64,000 nucleotides of DNA from Eubacterium sp. (GTDB taxonomy: Bacteria > Bacillota > Clostridia > Eubacteriales > Eubacteriaceae), in NCBI GenBank assembly GCA_030524435.1, contig JAUNGS010000001.1, positions 32,319 through 96,318 on the forward strand, given 5' to 3'. The position numbers were made by a program, and so were the translations under genes. Each line of letters begins with the position of its first letter. The first letter of the stretch is position 1. Below, piece by piece: positions 1 to 9,022 of the stretch. A model generated the notes under the pieces. That model did not search any database. It saw nothing but the letters and a program-made list of their open reading frames with translations, and had not been told where the DNA came from.

Positions 1-2
1 AT

Positions 3-182
3 TTAGCCGAGCAGGTCGACTGGATCCGCTGTGAAAAAGAGGATCTGGAACCCGCCATGGGCTACATCAAAAACTACTGCGACTACTTTGATGTCTCCCT
101 GGAGGAAATCCTATCCAAGCCCTTCTACAAGCTGACCCCCAGCGGCGGCAATCCCTACAGCAGCCTGTACACCGCCTATTAA
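3..182 (+). CDS. 3' end of a probable glutamate synthase subunit (GXGXG/domain-3-like), truncated by window edge
   Basis: Open frame LAEQVDW...FYKLTPSGGNPYSSLYTAY* ends 10 nt before glnA; C-terminus resembles clostridial split glutamate synthase domain-3 proteins; nitrogen-assimilation context. Confidence 0.55.
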   Translation, partial: LAEQVDWIRCEKEDLEPAMGYIKNYCDYFDVSLEEILSKPFYKLTPSGGNPYSSLYTAY

Positions 183-192
183 AGGAGAAATC

Positions 193-1488
193 ATGGATAC
201 CGATACAAAAACACTGGAGGCTCTGTCCTTCATCGAAGAAAACGACGTAAAGTTCATTCGCCTGCAGTTCTGTGACCTGCAGGGACAGAGCAAAAACATC
301 GCCATCTCCGATCACCAGATCAGCAGAGCTTTGGCCGAGGGCATTCCCTTCGACGCCAGCTCCGTCACCGGCTGCGGCGGCACCGGCCGCTCTGAGCTGG
401 TGCTTTACCCTGATCTGTCCACCATCGAAATTCTTCCCTGGCGTCCCCAGCAGGGCCGGGTAGCCCGAATCCTCTGTGACGTCCGTCACCCCGACGGCCG
501 CCAGTTTGAGGGGGACAGCCGCTACATCTTAAAACGCCAGATCAAAAAAGCCCGGGATATGGGGCTGTTCTTGAACCTGGGCGCCGAATGCGAGTTCTTT
601 TTGTTCCACCTGGATGAGGACGGCAACCCCACCCGAACCCCGGTGGACGAGGCCAGCTATTTCGACCTGGCCCCCTTCGACAAGGGCGAAAACACCCGCC
701 GGGAGATTATTTTAACCCTGGAAAACATGGGCTTTGAAATCGAGAGCTCCCACCACGAGTCCGCCCCGGGACAGCACGAGATCGACTTTAAGCACAGCGA
801 TCCCCTGGGCTCCGCCGACAATATCATGACCTTTAAAACTGTGGTCAAAACCATCGCCCAGAGAAACGGGCTCCACGCCACCTTTATGCCCAAGCCCATT
901 ACCGATCAGCCCGGCAGCGGCATGCACATCAACCTGTCTTTGACCAGGGACGACAAAAATCTCTTTGCCGGCGCCGAGGGACAGCTCTCGGACATGGCAG
1001 CCCACTTCATGGCCGGCGTCCTCGCCCATATCCGAGGCATCACCGCCGTGGCCAATCCTCTGGTCAACTCCTACAAAAGACTCATCGGCGGCATGGAGGC
1101 CCCCCAGACCATCGGCTGGGATTACGCCTCCAGGCAGTCCCTAATTCGGATTCCCCAGGTTTCCGGGGATAAAAGACGCATGGAACTCAGAAGCCCCGAC
1201 CCCGCCTGTAATCCCTATCTGACCTATGCCCTGGTTTTGGCCGCCGGTCTTTCGGGCATCGAGAAAAATCTCCCCCTGCAAAAGCGCAATTCTGAAATTC
1301 CCCAGTCCGACAGCCTGCCCCTGACCCTGGCCGAGGCCATCGCCTGCATGGAAGCCGATCCCTTTATCGCAGCCACCCTGGGGCAGGAGACCGCCGACGC
1401 CTACATCTGCCTGAAAAAGCAGGAATGGCAGGACTATATCAGCACCGTCCACGACTGGGAGATCAGTCACTATCTGAAAACCGTCTGA
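193..1488 (+). CDS. glnA: Glutamine synthetase type I family protein
   Basis: Motifs FIRLQFCD, GAECEFF, HHESAPGQHEIDF, ATFMPKP, GSGMHIN, NSYKRL, ELRSPDP; RBS AAGGAG. Confidence 0.9.
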   Translation: MDTDTKTLEALSFIEENDVKFIRLQFCDLQGQSKNIAISDHQISRALAEGIPFDASSVTGCGGTGRSELVLYPDLSTIEILPWRPQQGRVARILCDVRHPDGRQFEGDSRYILKRQIKKARDMGLFLNLGAECEFFLFHLDEDGNPTRTPVDEASYFDLAPFDKGENTRREIILTLENMGFEIESSHHESAPGQHEIDFKHSDPLGSADNIMTFKTVVKTIAQRNGLHATFMPKPITDQPGSGMHINLSLTRDDKNLFAGAEGQLSDMAAHFMAGVLAHIRGITAVANPLVNSYKRLIGGMEAPQTIGWDYASRQSLIRIPQVSGDKRRMELRSPDPACNPYLTYALVLAAGLSGIEKNLPLQKRNSEIPQSDSLPLTLAEAIACMEADPFIAATLGQETADAYICLKKQEWQDYISTVHDWEISHYLKTV

Positions 1489-1508
1489 GTTAGATTGGAG
1501 AAAGGGGG

Positions 1509-2084
1509 ATGCCGATGCCAAGCGCACTCGTCATCAGTAAGCAACAGGAAACCGCCAGGGTTATCTCAGATACCCTGCGAACCCTGGATTTTTCTCTCAT
1601 CGACACAGCGGCCTCCGGCACCGAGGGGCGCAGGCGGCTCCAGGAAACGGGCTATGACATCGCCGTCGCCAACACGCCCTTAAGCGATGAATTCGGCGTC
1701 GATTTCGCTCTGGATACCACCGAAAGCTACGATACCGGCGTTATCCTCATCGTAAAAAATGATCTTCTGGATCAGGTGGAGGAACGGCTGACGGACTCCG
1801 GCGCCTTCGTCATCGCCAAGCCCATCAACAGACAGCTCCTTCTGCAAAATATTCGCTTCGTCCTCCGCGCCCAGGAGAAAATTCAGCGGCTCACCCTGGA
1901 GAATCAGAAGCTTCTCAAAAAAATGGAGGACCAGAAGCGCATCTTCCGGGCCAAGCTCTGTATTATGGCTTACCTGAATATCAGCGAGGAGGAAGCCCAT
2001 CGCTATATTCAAAAGCAGGCCATGGATCAAAGGCTGACACCGCGGCAGGTGGCCGACCGACTGATTAGGATGTATGAGAAATAA
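1509..2084 (+). CDS. ANTAR-domain antiterminator with receiver-like N-terminus (NitR/NasT-like)
   Basis: C-terminal RAK..M....SEEEAHRYIQKQAMD ANTAR signature; REC-like N-domain with KP motif; directly downstream of glnA. Confidence 0.88.
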   Translation: MPMPSALVISKQQETARVISDTLRTLDFSLIDTAASGTEGRRRLQETGYDIAVANTPLSDEFGVDFALDTTESYDTGVILIVKNDLLDQVEERLTDSGAFVIAKPINRQLLLQNIRFVLRAQEKIQRLTLENQKLLKKMEDQKRIFRAKLCIMAYLNISEEEAHRYIQKQAMDQRLTPRQVADRLIRMYEK

Positions 2085-2089
2085 AATGT

Positions 2090-2124
2090 GCAGATACTGC
2101 AGACACCGCAGTATCTGCTTTTTT
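2090..2124 (+). terminator. Rho-independent terminator
   Basis: GCAGATACTGC-7nt-GCAGTATCTGC followed by T6. Confidence 0.85.
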
Positions 2125-2295
2125 ATTGTAAATGCTAAAGACCCTCTGCTTTTTTTCAGGCACCTGCATATTTTTGATCTCCCATTGATTTTCTAAACCT
2201 CGCCCCCTATAATGAAATAGAGACGCCCTTTTCCGGCGCACACCCTTATTCAGAAGGCATTAACAAACTAATTTTAGATCCACAAGGAGCAGACC

Positions 2296-3171
2296 ATGAA
2301 TCGACAATCCCTCAACCGCACCCTGATCGACGATACCAAACGCCTGATGGTCATCGTCGTGGCCTCCATCATCATGGCAGTCAATCTTAAAAGCTTCGTC
2401 CACGCCGGCGGCCTTTTTCCCGGCGGCTTCAACGGACTGACCCTGCTGATTCAGCGCATCGCCGACCAATTCTTCGGCATTAAGCTCACCTTCTCGGCCA
2501 TCAACCTGCTTTTAAACGCCATCCCCGCCGTCATCAGCTACAAATTCATCGGCAAGCGCTTCACCATCCTCTCCTGCATCATGATTGCCTTAACAGGCTT
2601 CCTCACCGATATCATCCCCATCGGTCCCATCACCCAGGATGTGCTCTTAATCTGTATCTTTGGCGGCATGATCAACGGCTTTGCCATCAGCCTCTGCCTT
2701 TTTGCCCACGCCACCAGCGGCGGCACCGACTTTATCGCCGTGGCCCTCTCGGAGAAGCTCAACGTCGACGCCTGGAACTACATCCTTGCCGGCAACGCCC
2801 TGATGTTAGTGATCGCCGGCGTGCTGTTTGGCTGGGATAAGGCCCTGTACTCCATCATCTTCCAGTTTGCCTCCACCCAGGTGGTGCAGCTCTTAAATCT
2901 GCGCTACAAAAGACACACCCTGTTTATCATCTCCGATAAGGCTGAAGCCATCTATGAGGCCATCCGCAGCTGCACCCAGCACGGTGCCACCATGTTTCAG
3001 GGCATCGGCCTTTACCAGCACGAAACCCGGAAAATGATCTACTCCGTGGTCTCCAGCGATGAGGTGAAGGAGGTTTTAAAAACCGTCCGGGCCGTAGATG
3101 CCAATGCCTTTATCAACGTGGTTAAAACGGATCAGCTCAGCGGGCGCTTCCACAAAAGACCCAACGATTAG
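2296..3171 (+). CDS. YitT family membrane protein (DUF2179 C-terminus)
   Basis: GGFNG, SGGTDF, HGAT..G.G.Y, D.NAFI motifs; multiple TM segments. Confidence 0.9.
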   Translation: MNRQSLNRTLIDDTKRLMVIVVASIIMAVNLKSFVHAGGLFPGGFNGLTLLIQRIADQFFGIKLTFSAINLLLNAIPAVISYKFIGKRFTILSCIMIALTGFLTDIIPIGPITQDVLLICIFGGMINGFAISLCLFAHATSGGTDFIAVALSEKLNVDAWNYILAGNALMLVIAGVLFGWDKALYSIIFQFASTQVVQLLNLRYKRHTLFIISDKAEAIYEAIRSCTQHGATMFQGIGLYQHETRKMIYSVVSSDEVKEVLKTVRAVDANAFINVVKTDQLSGRFHKRPND

Positions 3172-3561
3172 GGATTTCAATGACAAACCAATGACAAATG
3201 AATGATGTAGACGACGGCGTCTTTTGCCTTTAGAATAGAGTTTAAGGAGATAAAATTTCGCTAAAACATCGAGAAATTTGGTGTGCTACATTTAAAAATT
3301 TGTTATGCTAAAAAATAAACTGCGGTGGATAAAGCCAACAGCGACACTGCGTGGAGGGAAAGCATGGGAACCTTTGAGATGCGATTGAGGGATTATCAGC
3401 GATTGGGACGAAAGGAAGGCATAAATACAGAGAAACGACAGACTGCCAAAAAGCTTCTTGAAGCAGGTCAGACCATTGGTTTTATCTCCCAGATTACGGG
3501 GATGACGGCGAAGGAAATTTTGGAGATTCAAGAAGATTTGAAGAAAAATGAAGGGTAGGGG
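3131..3561 (+). repeat. Long direct repeat, copy 1 (~430 bp)
   Basis: Highly similar to 4600-5039; comprises last ~13 codons of yitT, intergenic promoter region and the small Rpn-like ORF. Confidence 0.95.
3364..3558 (+). CDS. Small Rpn (PD-(D/E)XK nuclease/YhgA family) C-terminal-domain protein, RpnS-like, copy 1
   Basis: MGTFEMRLRDYQRLGRKEG...TAKKLLEAG....FISQITGMT..EI matches Rpn C-terminal helix+HTH; SD GGAGGG 5 nt before ATG 3364 (ORF track extends to GTG 3325). Confidence 0.7.
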   Translation: MGTFEMRLRDYQRLGRKEGINTEKRQTAKKLLEAGQTIGFISQITGMTAKEILEIQEDLKKNEG

Positions 3562-3626
3562 ATTGGCAAGAATAGCCTGCCTATATTTAACTCTGTGAAG
3601 CCGCTTGATTAAAAATAGCTGTAGGG

Positions 3627-3666
3627 GAGCTGTTGTAAGCCTATTTTTACAACAGCTTCTTTTTTG
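3627..3666 (+). terminator. Rho-independent terminator
   Basis: GGAGCTGTTGTAA...TTACAACAGCTTC followed by T-run. Confidence 0.8.
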
Positions 3667-3779
3667 TGTTCTCTTTTTGTCATACCTTTAGTGATAAGAT
3701 CTCCTTGTAAAAATAAAAATATGATGTTAGCCTATACGTAATAAGATTTATTTAAATCAAGAACTCAGGAGGTTTAAAA

Positions 3780-4511
3780 ATGGACAACATAAAAACCCTC
3801 AGCGAACTCTTCGACCTTTATTCAAAAACCCATGGTAATGAATGCCATACAGAAGATACCTTCCCCAGACATCCTAAAACTAAAGCCTACCCAGACGATC
3901 CAGAGGCCTTTAAAACAAGCTTTTGCTGGGACGGCGTCACCTCCATTACCGGTGGTGTAGACCAAAAAAATGTTGAACCAAAGATCAAGGTACTCTTTAT
4001 TTTAAAAGAGTCCAATAACGGTGGCATCGCCACGCCTTATGAGGATAAAGTCTTTTGGTTTAATGATAAACCAAAAGTCCCTGCAAGAATAAGATACCAG
4101 GAAAAACTGTCGCTTGTTCTTGATATACTTGACGTCAATACCAAAGCTAATTTTGGTTACATGAACCTAAATAAACGCGGCGGTTTTGGAAGCACAACCT
4201 ACAGGCAGTTAAAACAATATGTCCTCAACTATAAATCCTTTATTAAAAGACAAATCGAGCTCCACGATCCCGAGTACATTGTCTTTTGCGGCTGCTACTA
4301 CATGTTTGCATCATTAATTTTTAAAGATGAATTCCGCCTACAATCCGTACCAGTCAAGTGGCCCCATAAGCCTGTAGAAATAAATTTAAATGGACATACC
4401 ACCAAGCTATTACATGTCTACCATCCTGCTTATTCTAGGTTTAAAGAGTCGTTAAAATATCTTGAAAATAATCGATCATACATCAATTCCTGGCGAGGAG
4501 CATTCAAATAA
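3780..4511 (+). CDS. Hypothetical protein, uracil-DNA-glycosylase-like superfamily
   Basis: AT-rich ORF with RBS AGGAGG; order of motifs LFILKESN / YMNLNKRGG / PEYIVFCG / VYHPAY fits the UDG fold. Confidence 0.6.
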   Translation: MDNIKTLSELFDLYSKTHGNECHTEDTFPRHPKTKAYPDDPEAFKTSFCWDGVTSITGGVDQKNVEPKIKVLFILKESNNGGIATPYEDKVFWFNDKPKVPARIRYQEKLSLVLDILDVNTKANFGYMNLNKRGGFGSTTYRQLKQYVLNYKSFIKRQIELHDPEYIVFCGCYYMFASLIFKDEFRLQSVPVKWPHKPVEINLNGHTTKLLHVYHPAYSRFKESLKYLENNRSYINSWRGAFK

Positions 4512-4599
4512 TTTTCATGCAGACTTGGAAAATGCTCCCGTATCCATCTTTAGCGCAGAAGATATATACTTGTGTTGTAAACCATTTAGCAAATTTTAT

Positions 4600-5039
4600 A
4601 TCAGCTCAGCGGACGCTTCCACAAAAGACCCAACGATTAGGGATTTCAATGACAAACCGATGACAAATAAATGATGTAGACGACGCTGTCTTTTGCCTTT
4701 AGAATAGAGTTTAAGGAGATAGAATTTCGCTAAAACATAGAGAAATTTGGCGTGCTACATTTAAAAATTTGTTATACTAAAAAATAAACTGCGGTGAATA
4801 AAGCCAATAGCGACACTGCGTGGAGGGAAAGCATGGGAACCTTTGAGATGCGATTGAGGGATTATGAGAGACTTGGAAGAAGTTTGGGACGAAAAGAAGG
4901 CATAAATACAGAGAAACGACAGACTGCCAGAAAGCTTCTTGAGGCTGGGCAAACCGTCGACTTTATCTCCCAGATTACTGGAATGACGGCGGAGGAAATT
5001 TTGGAGATTCAAGAAGATTTGAAGAATGAGGGGTAGGGG
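4600..5039 (+). repeat. Long direct repeat, copy 2
   Basis: Highly similar to 3131-3561, with a 12-nt in-frame insertion in the small ORF. Confidence 0.95.
4833..5036 (+). CDS. Small Rpn C-terminal-domain protein, RpnS-like, copy 2
   Basis: Paralog of 3364-3558 with one extra 4-aa repeat (LGRS-LGRK); extended -10 TGTTATACT at ~4770-4778. Confidence 0.7.
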   Translation: MGTFEMRLRDYERLGRSLGRKEGINTEKRQTARKLLEAGQTVDFISQITGMTAEEILEIQEDLKNEG

Positions 5040-5115
5040 GCAATGCACGTCTATTCTGATGTGTGTCTAAAACAACACCAGCAACCCTTGATTTATGATG
5101 TATCAAATAGCTATT

Positions 5116-5135
5116 CACTAAAAAAGCAGCGGCCC
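5116..5135. repeat. 20-bp direct repeat, left end of McrBC/AAA island
   Basis: CACTAAAAAAGCAGCGGCCC identical to 10574-10593. Confidence 0.85.
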
Positions 5136-5384
5136 GAGGCCACTGCTAGTAAAACAATAATTCGTGATTTTGGGGAATAGGTATGATTTCTGTCATACCT
5201 ATTCGCTTTTATACACTATCTTCTTTATCAAGCCCAGCTCTTTTTCGTCTACAAAGAATTTAACCTATCTCGATCACTTTCGATTCCTGTTATCTGACAC
5301 TTGGATTCCTCTTTACTCTTGCAGATTATCTCTAATCAAATTTGGTCGATTGTTTAATATTCAGTTCTGTGAGTTTCTATGAAA

Positions 5385-6701
5385 TCACACAGAGAATATG
5401 CTTATAAATTCCTGCTCCTGAACTTTTATTCTTGTGATAAACTCTGAATAATCCTGCGCATCCATGGGGATTTTTAAACCATACTTGATAACGCTGATAT
5501 CATCATGCGGCATAACATTTGCTTCGTAGGTCAATCCACGATTCATCCATAATTTCTTGCTATCAGTACCCACTGCTTCCGGGTAAAGGTAATAGCCAGT
5601 CTTGGCATCAAAACGAAACATATAGGCAAGCACCTGCAAATAGTCCCGGTTTCCGATGTTGTCAATAGGCTTGTACTTGGCATCTGCAATAATCCGCCTC
5701 TCGCTATTCCGACTGATAAAATCGGGATATATCAATCCAATATTCCCATCAAACAATCTCTGAGCGCCTTTACCACCTTTATTCATTGGGTGATAGAAAA
5801 CATCCCCTATCAGTGAATTGATGTATTCCTCCCACAACCATGCGCCGTCAAATAGGATACCGTATATCTGCCTCGCTCCTGTACCGATTTGGTGTTTCTG
5901 ATGCCGAAGGATCAAGAGACACAGTCTCTGTAGAGCAAGATACTCTCTAAAATAAGCGTGGCGAATAGTATTCTTTTTATTCTGATCAATAATCTTTTGT
6001 CTGTCATACGGCTCATATCTTGAAGTCGCATCTATAACGCATTTTACCTCGTCTTTCACTTTGATGAGGAGTTTGTTTCCGTAAGGCTTTCTTTTGATAA
6101 ATTCTATGGTATGCCGCACCAGTTCCATTAGACTATTATCGTAAGAAAACTCACGCTGACTGTATGCAACGTTCCCTACAAATGGGGTGTTTTTCGCTAT
6201 ATGCCTTGCGACATCAATAGTACCTTTTACATTTTCATCATTATATCTGTGACAGATATAGTTTTTGAACAAACCCTTCCGCATAGCTGCTTTGAGGTAA
6301 TATGGGAACAGGAACAGCAGAAAATTGAACAGCCGATTGTCTTGATTGGCATCAGATTCCAAATTAACAATGCTCGGAAACTCCAAAACCTTGTCCAAAA
6401 GATACTGGAAAAAGTAATCCTCACCCTCTCCACAAAAACGGGACTCGATAATGAGCCGTTCATCACCATATCCAATAAAGCCCATCACATTACCAAAGCG
6501 ATAGGTGTCATTGACACTTTGAAGGATCATCTGATCCTGCGTAATATCTTCTGCGTCTTTTACGATTTCAGGGAATACGAACACACCTTCACGCTCAAGC
6601 TGCTTCAATGTTTTGTCGGCGATCTTGCCCGTCAGGTTTCTGATATGAGAAAAGGCGTCTTTTTTCTGCTGTGAGTTATCCTTGATCTTGAACAGCTTCA
6701 T
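5385..6701 (-). CDS. mcrC: McrC family restriction endonuclease subunit
   Basis: LWEEY, YPDF...IADAKYK and DYLQVLAY PD-(D/E)xK motifs; overlaps upstream mcrB. Confidence 0.88.
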   Translation of the reverse strand: MKLFKIKDNSQQKKDAFSHIRNLTGKIADKTLKQLEREGVFVFPEIVKDAEDITQDQMILQSVNDTYRFGNVMGFIGYGDERLIIESRFCGEGEDYFFQYLLDKVLEFPSIVNLESDANQDNRLFNFLLFLFPYYLKAAMRKGLFKNYICHRYNDENVKGTIDVARHIAKNTPFVGNVAYSQREFSYDNSLMELVRHTIEFIKRKPYGNKLLIKVKDEVKCVIDATSRYEPYDRQKIIDQNKKNTIRHAYFREYLALQRLCLLILRHQKHQIGTGARQIYGILFDGAWLWEEYINSLIGDVFYHPMNKGGKGAQRLFDGNIGLIYPDFISRNSERRIIADAKYKPIDNIGNRDYLQVLAYMFRFDAKTGYYLYPEAVGTDSKKLWMNRGLTYEANVMPHDDISVIKYGLKIPMDAQDYSEFITRIKVQEQEFISIFSV

Positions 6702-8772
6702 TCATATCACCTCGGACGGGTTTCTGATAGCCGTATGCCTTTGCAAAGCGATTCATAATCCCCTCCTCATCGTACATTCCCTGAATATATTCCTGTAGGA
6801 GCGGTTGCAGGTAATCGCTCCAAAGCTGGTCAAAATCAAGCGTTTTTAGTTTAAGGAAGTAGGCTGCACCAATTTGGTAATTCTCATTCAAGTCCTCAAT
6901 ATCTGCAATCTCTTTATTAAGCGCTGCCATTCTCTTGATCGCCTCAGCTTCCAATTCTTCATTGTCCAACGATGCGAGCATCTCAAGCTGCTCATCCGCT
7001 CTGAGTTCCACAAAACGGAATCGGCGACGCATAGCAAAGTCAAAGCTGTCCACAGAACGGTCGATATCGTTCATAGTTCCAATGATATAGACATTTTCAG
7101 GAATATAGAACTTTTCGTCAGGGTCAGAGTGCAGATTAGAATACTGCGTGGAGATCTCCCCAGCTTTACCGCGATAACCAGGGTCTATTGCAAAAAACAG
7201 TTCACCAAATATCTTTGAAATTTCGCCGCGGTTGATCTCATCAATGATAAATATATATTTTTTCAGTTCTTCCTGTTTTGCCCTTTTCTTTGAAGTCGTG
7301 ATTTTTTTATTTATGATGGCTTTGTAGATAGCAAAGTCGTAGGAGTACCCCTGTGTGGCAAAAGTCTTTCCGAAAAAGATCGTAACATCCTTTATTTTCT
7401 CGAACTTCTGTCCAGACTCCAACATCTTTCTAACTTCATCCAGATTTAGAGCAAGCTTATTGACAGTTGCATTTCCAGGAATAGAAATATTGATATGCCC
7501 GTCATCCACACCGGTAATGGTAAATTCATTTCCATTGATCGTCTTAAATGTATCAATGCCAAACTCAATATCGGAGAAAAACTCCGTCATGGATTCCTGA
7601 ACTGTGCCTTCCTTTTCCACCGTTTCTCTGGATTTTTGTGAGTCCTCATAGTTCTTTCTGGCACGAGCAATAAACTTTTTAAAAATACCATCCTGTAATT
7701 CAAAGCCCATCGTTCCATCATCATTGACCTTCGGCCTCAGGCCTTCAACAAAATCAGAGTAGTCATAACTCGGATGAAACTGGACAAACTCCACCTGTTT
7801 TTTCTGCTCGTCAGTAAGACAGCTGTAGTTGTCCTCATAACCATTGCTTATAATATCCGCGGCGATTTCCTTAGCGAGATAGGACTTTCCAGTACCGGGC
7901 GCACCTCTAAAAATCAGATTCTTTGATTCGATCAGCATAGAAGAGAATGGATTTCTATATCCCTTGAACTGTTGAACAAGCTCTTCCTGAACAGCGGCTT
8001 CCGTTTCTGCCGTTGCCGTTTCTTTCTCATCTTTTTCTCGGTATGTCAGAATAAACTGATCTCCCGGTTCGCCAAAGCGTTTTAAACACTCCTGAACAAA
8101 GATAACCGTAGAAAAAACATTCCAACAATAGATAACAAACTGACGCCCATTGTCATAGCTGTATGTCAGGTATTCTATCGTGTTACGATGCTTCTTGAAT
8201 TCGTCAACACTCGCAAAGATACCTCTGATTATGCCGCTGTTCGGAGTATATTTGCAGATAGGAAAATTCTCCTTGTCCTCAACGGATAAAGCGGCAAGCT
8301 GCTTCTCGAATACCTGAAAGGCAAGGCGAGGCATGGTCTGATTGGAATTTCTCCGCTCACCTTTGTTATAGGACCGCTTAATTACATCTCCATTTGCTTT
8401 CTTAAAACAGACGTCCAAAGGCTTATAGCCATCACCAAGATTTAGATCATCCATTGTAAAACGTTCATCCGTTGACTCCACGCTTTTAGCCGTAATGGAC
8501 AATTTGAATTTTTCCTGCTGTTTTGTTTCAATGGTGAAACCTTGGCTTTCCAGATAGTTTTTTGCGTCAATACTGTTAAAGGATTCTGTTGAAATATCTG
8601 TACCATTTACTAAATGGTCAGCAACAGCTATCACATACTTCGGCGGATACTTTTTTCCATCCTCAGACACAAGTATATATTTCATACTCACGTTATGTCC
8701 GGGAACTCCCTGCTCGTCGATGAATTTTAAAGCATCAATGATCTCCTGCTTTTTTAGCTTTGGTATAGCCAT
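6676..8772 (-). CDS. mcrB: McrB family AAA+ GTPase (type IV modification-dependent restriction)
   Basis: Walker A GAPGTGKS, VQFHPSYDYSDFVEG, Walker B IIDEINRG, MNDIDRS (NxxD) signature, FAMRRRF. Confidence 0.92.
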   Translation of the reverse strand: MAIPKLKKQEIIDALKFIDEQGVPGHNVSMKYILVSEDGKKYPPKYVIAVADHLVNGTDISTESFNSIDAKNYLESQGFTIETKQQEKFKLSITAKSVESTDERFTMDDLNLGDGYKPLDVCFKKANGDVIKRSYNKGERRNSNQTMPRLAFQVFEKQLAALSVEDKENFPICKYTPNSGIIRGIFASVDEFKKHRNTIEYLTYSYDNGRQFVIYCWNVFSTVIFVQECLKRFGEPGDQFILTYREKDEKETATAETEAAVQEELVQQFKGYRNPFSSMLIESKNLIFRGAPGTGKSYLAKEIAADIISNGYEDNYSCLTDEQKKQVEFVQFHPSYDYSDFVEGLRPKVNDDGTMGFELQDGIFKKFIARARKNYEDSQKSRETVEKEGTVQESMTEFFSDIEFGIDTFKTINGNEFTITGVDDGHINISIPGNATVNKLALNLDEVRKMLESGQKFEKIKDVTIFFGKTFATQGYSYDFAIYKAIINKKITTSKKRAKQEELKKYIFIIDEINRGEISKIFGELFFAIDPGYRGKAGEISTQYSNLHSDPDEKFYIPENVYIIGTMNDIDRSVDSFDFAMRRRFRFVELRADEQLEMLASLDNEELEAEAIKRMAALNKEIADIEDLNENYQIGAAYFLKLKTLDFDQLWSDYLQPLLQEYIQGMYDEEGIMNRFAKAYGYQKPVRGDMNEAVQDQG

Positions 8773-9022
8773 GCTGCACCTCCTTAATTATATGCATGTG
8801 AATGATAAAATAAAAATGTACAATCCGAGATATCATGCTATCGTATTCATAGGGGGGGGGATTACCCATGAACAAAGTATTAAAGACTCAACTCGAAATT
8901 CTCAAATTATGTAATATAAAACTAAACTTTTCATAACTCGCACAGTTCTATAGTCTGGATTGCAGAACTGTTAAAAAGTATTATGACAGATACGAAGGCA
9001 AAGCTACCCACAGAAAACACAA

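Noticed and set aside
3131-5039. Long direct repeats as IS elements or a composite transposon
   Set aside because: No terminal inverted repeats or transposase; each copy begins inside the yitT coding sequence
5164-5382. 72-aa ORF downstream of mcrC
   Set aside because: No RBS, AT-rich, no motifs; probably non-coding
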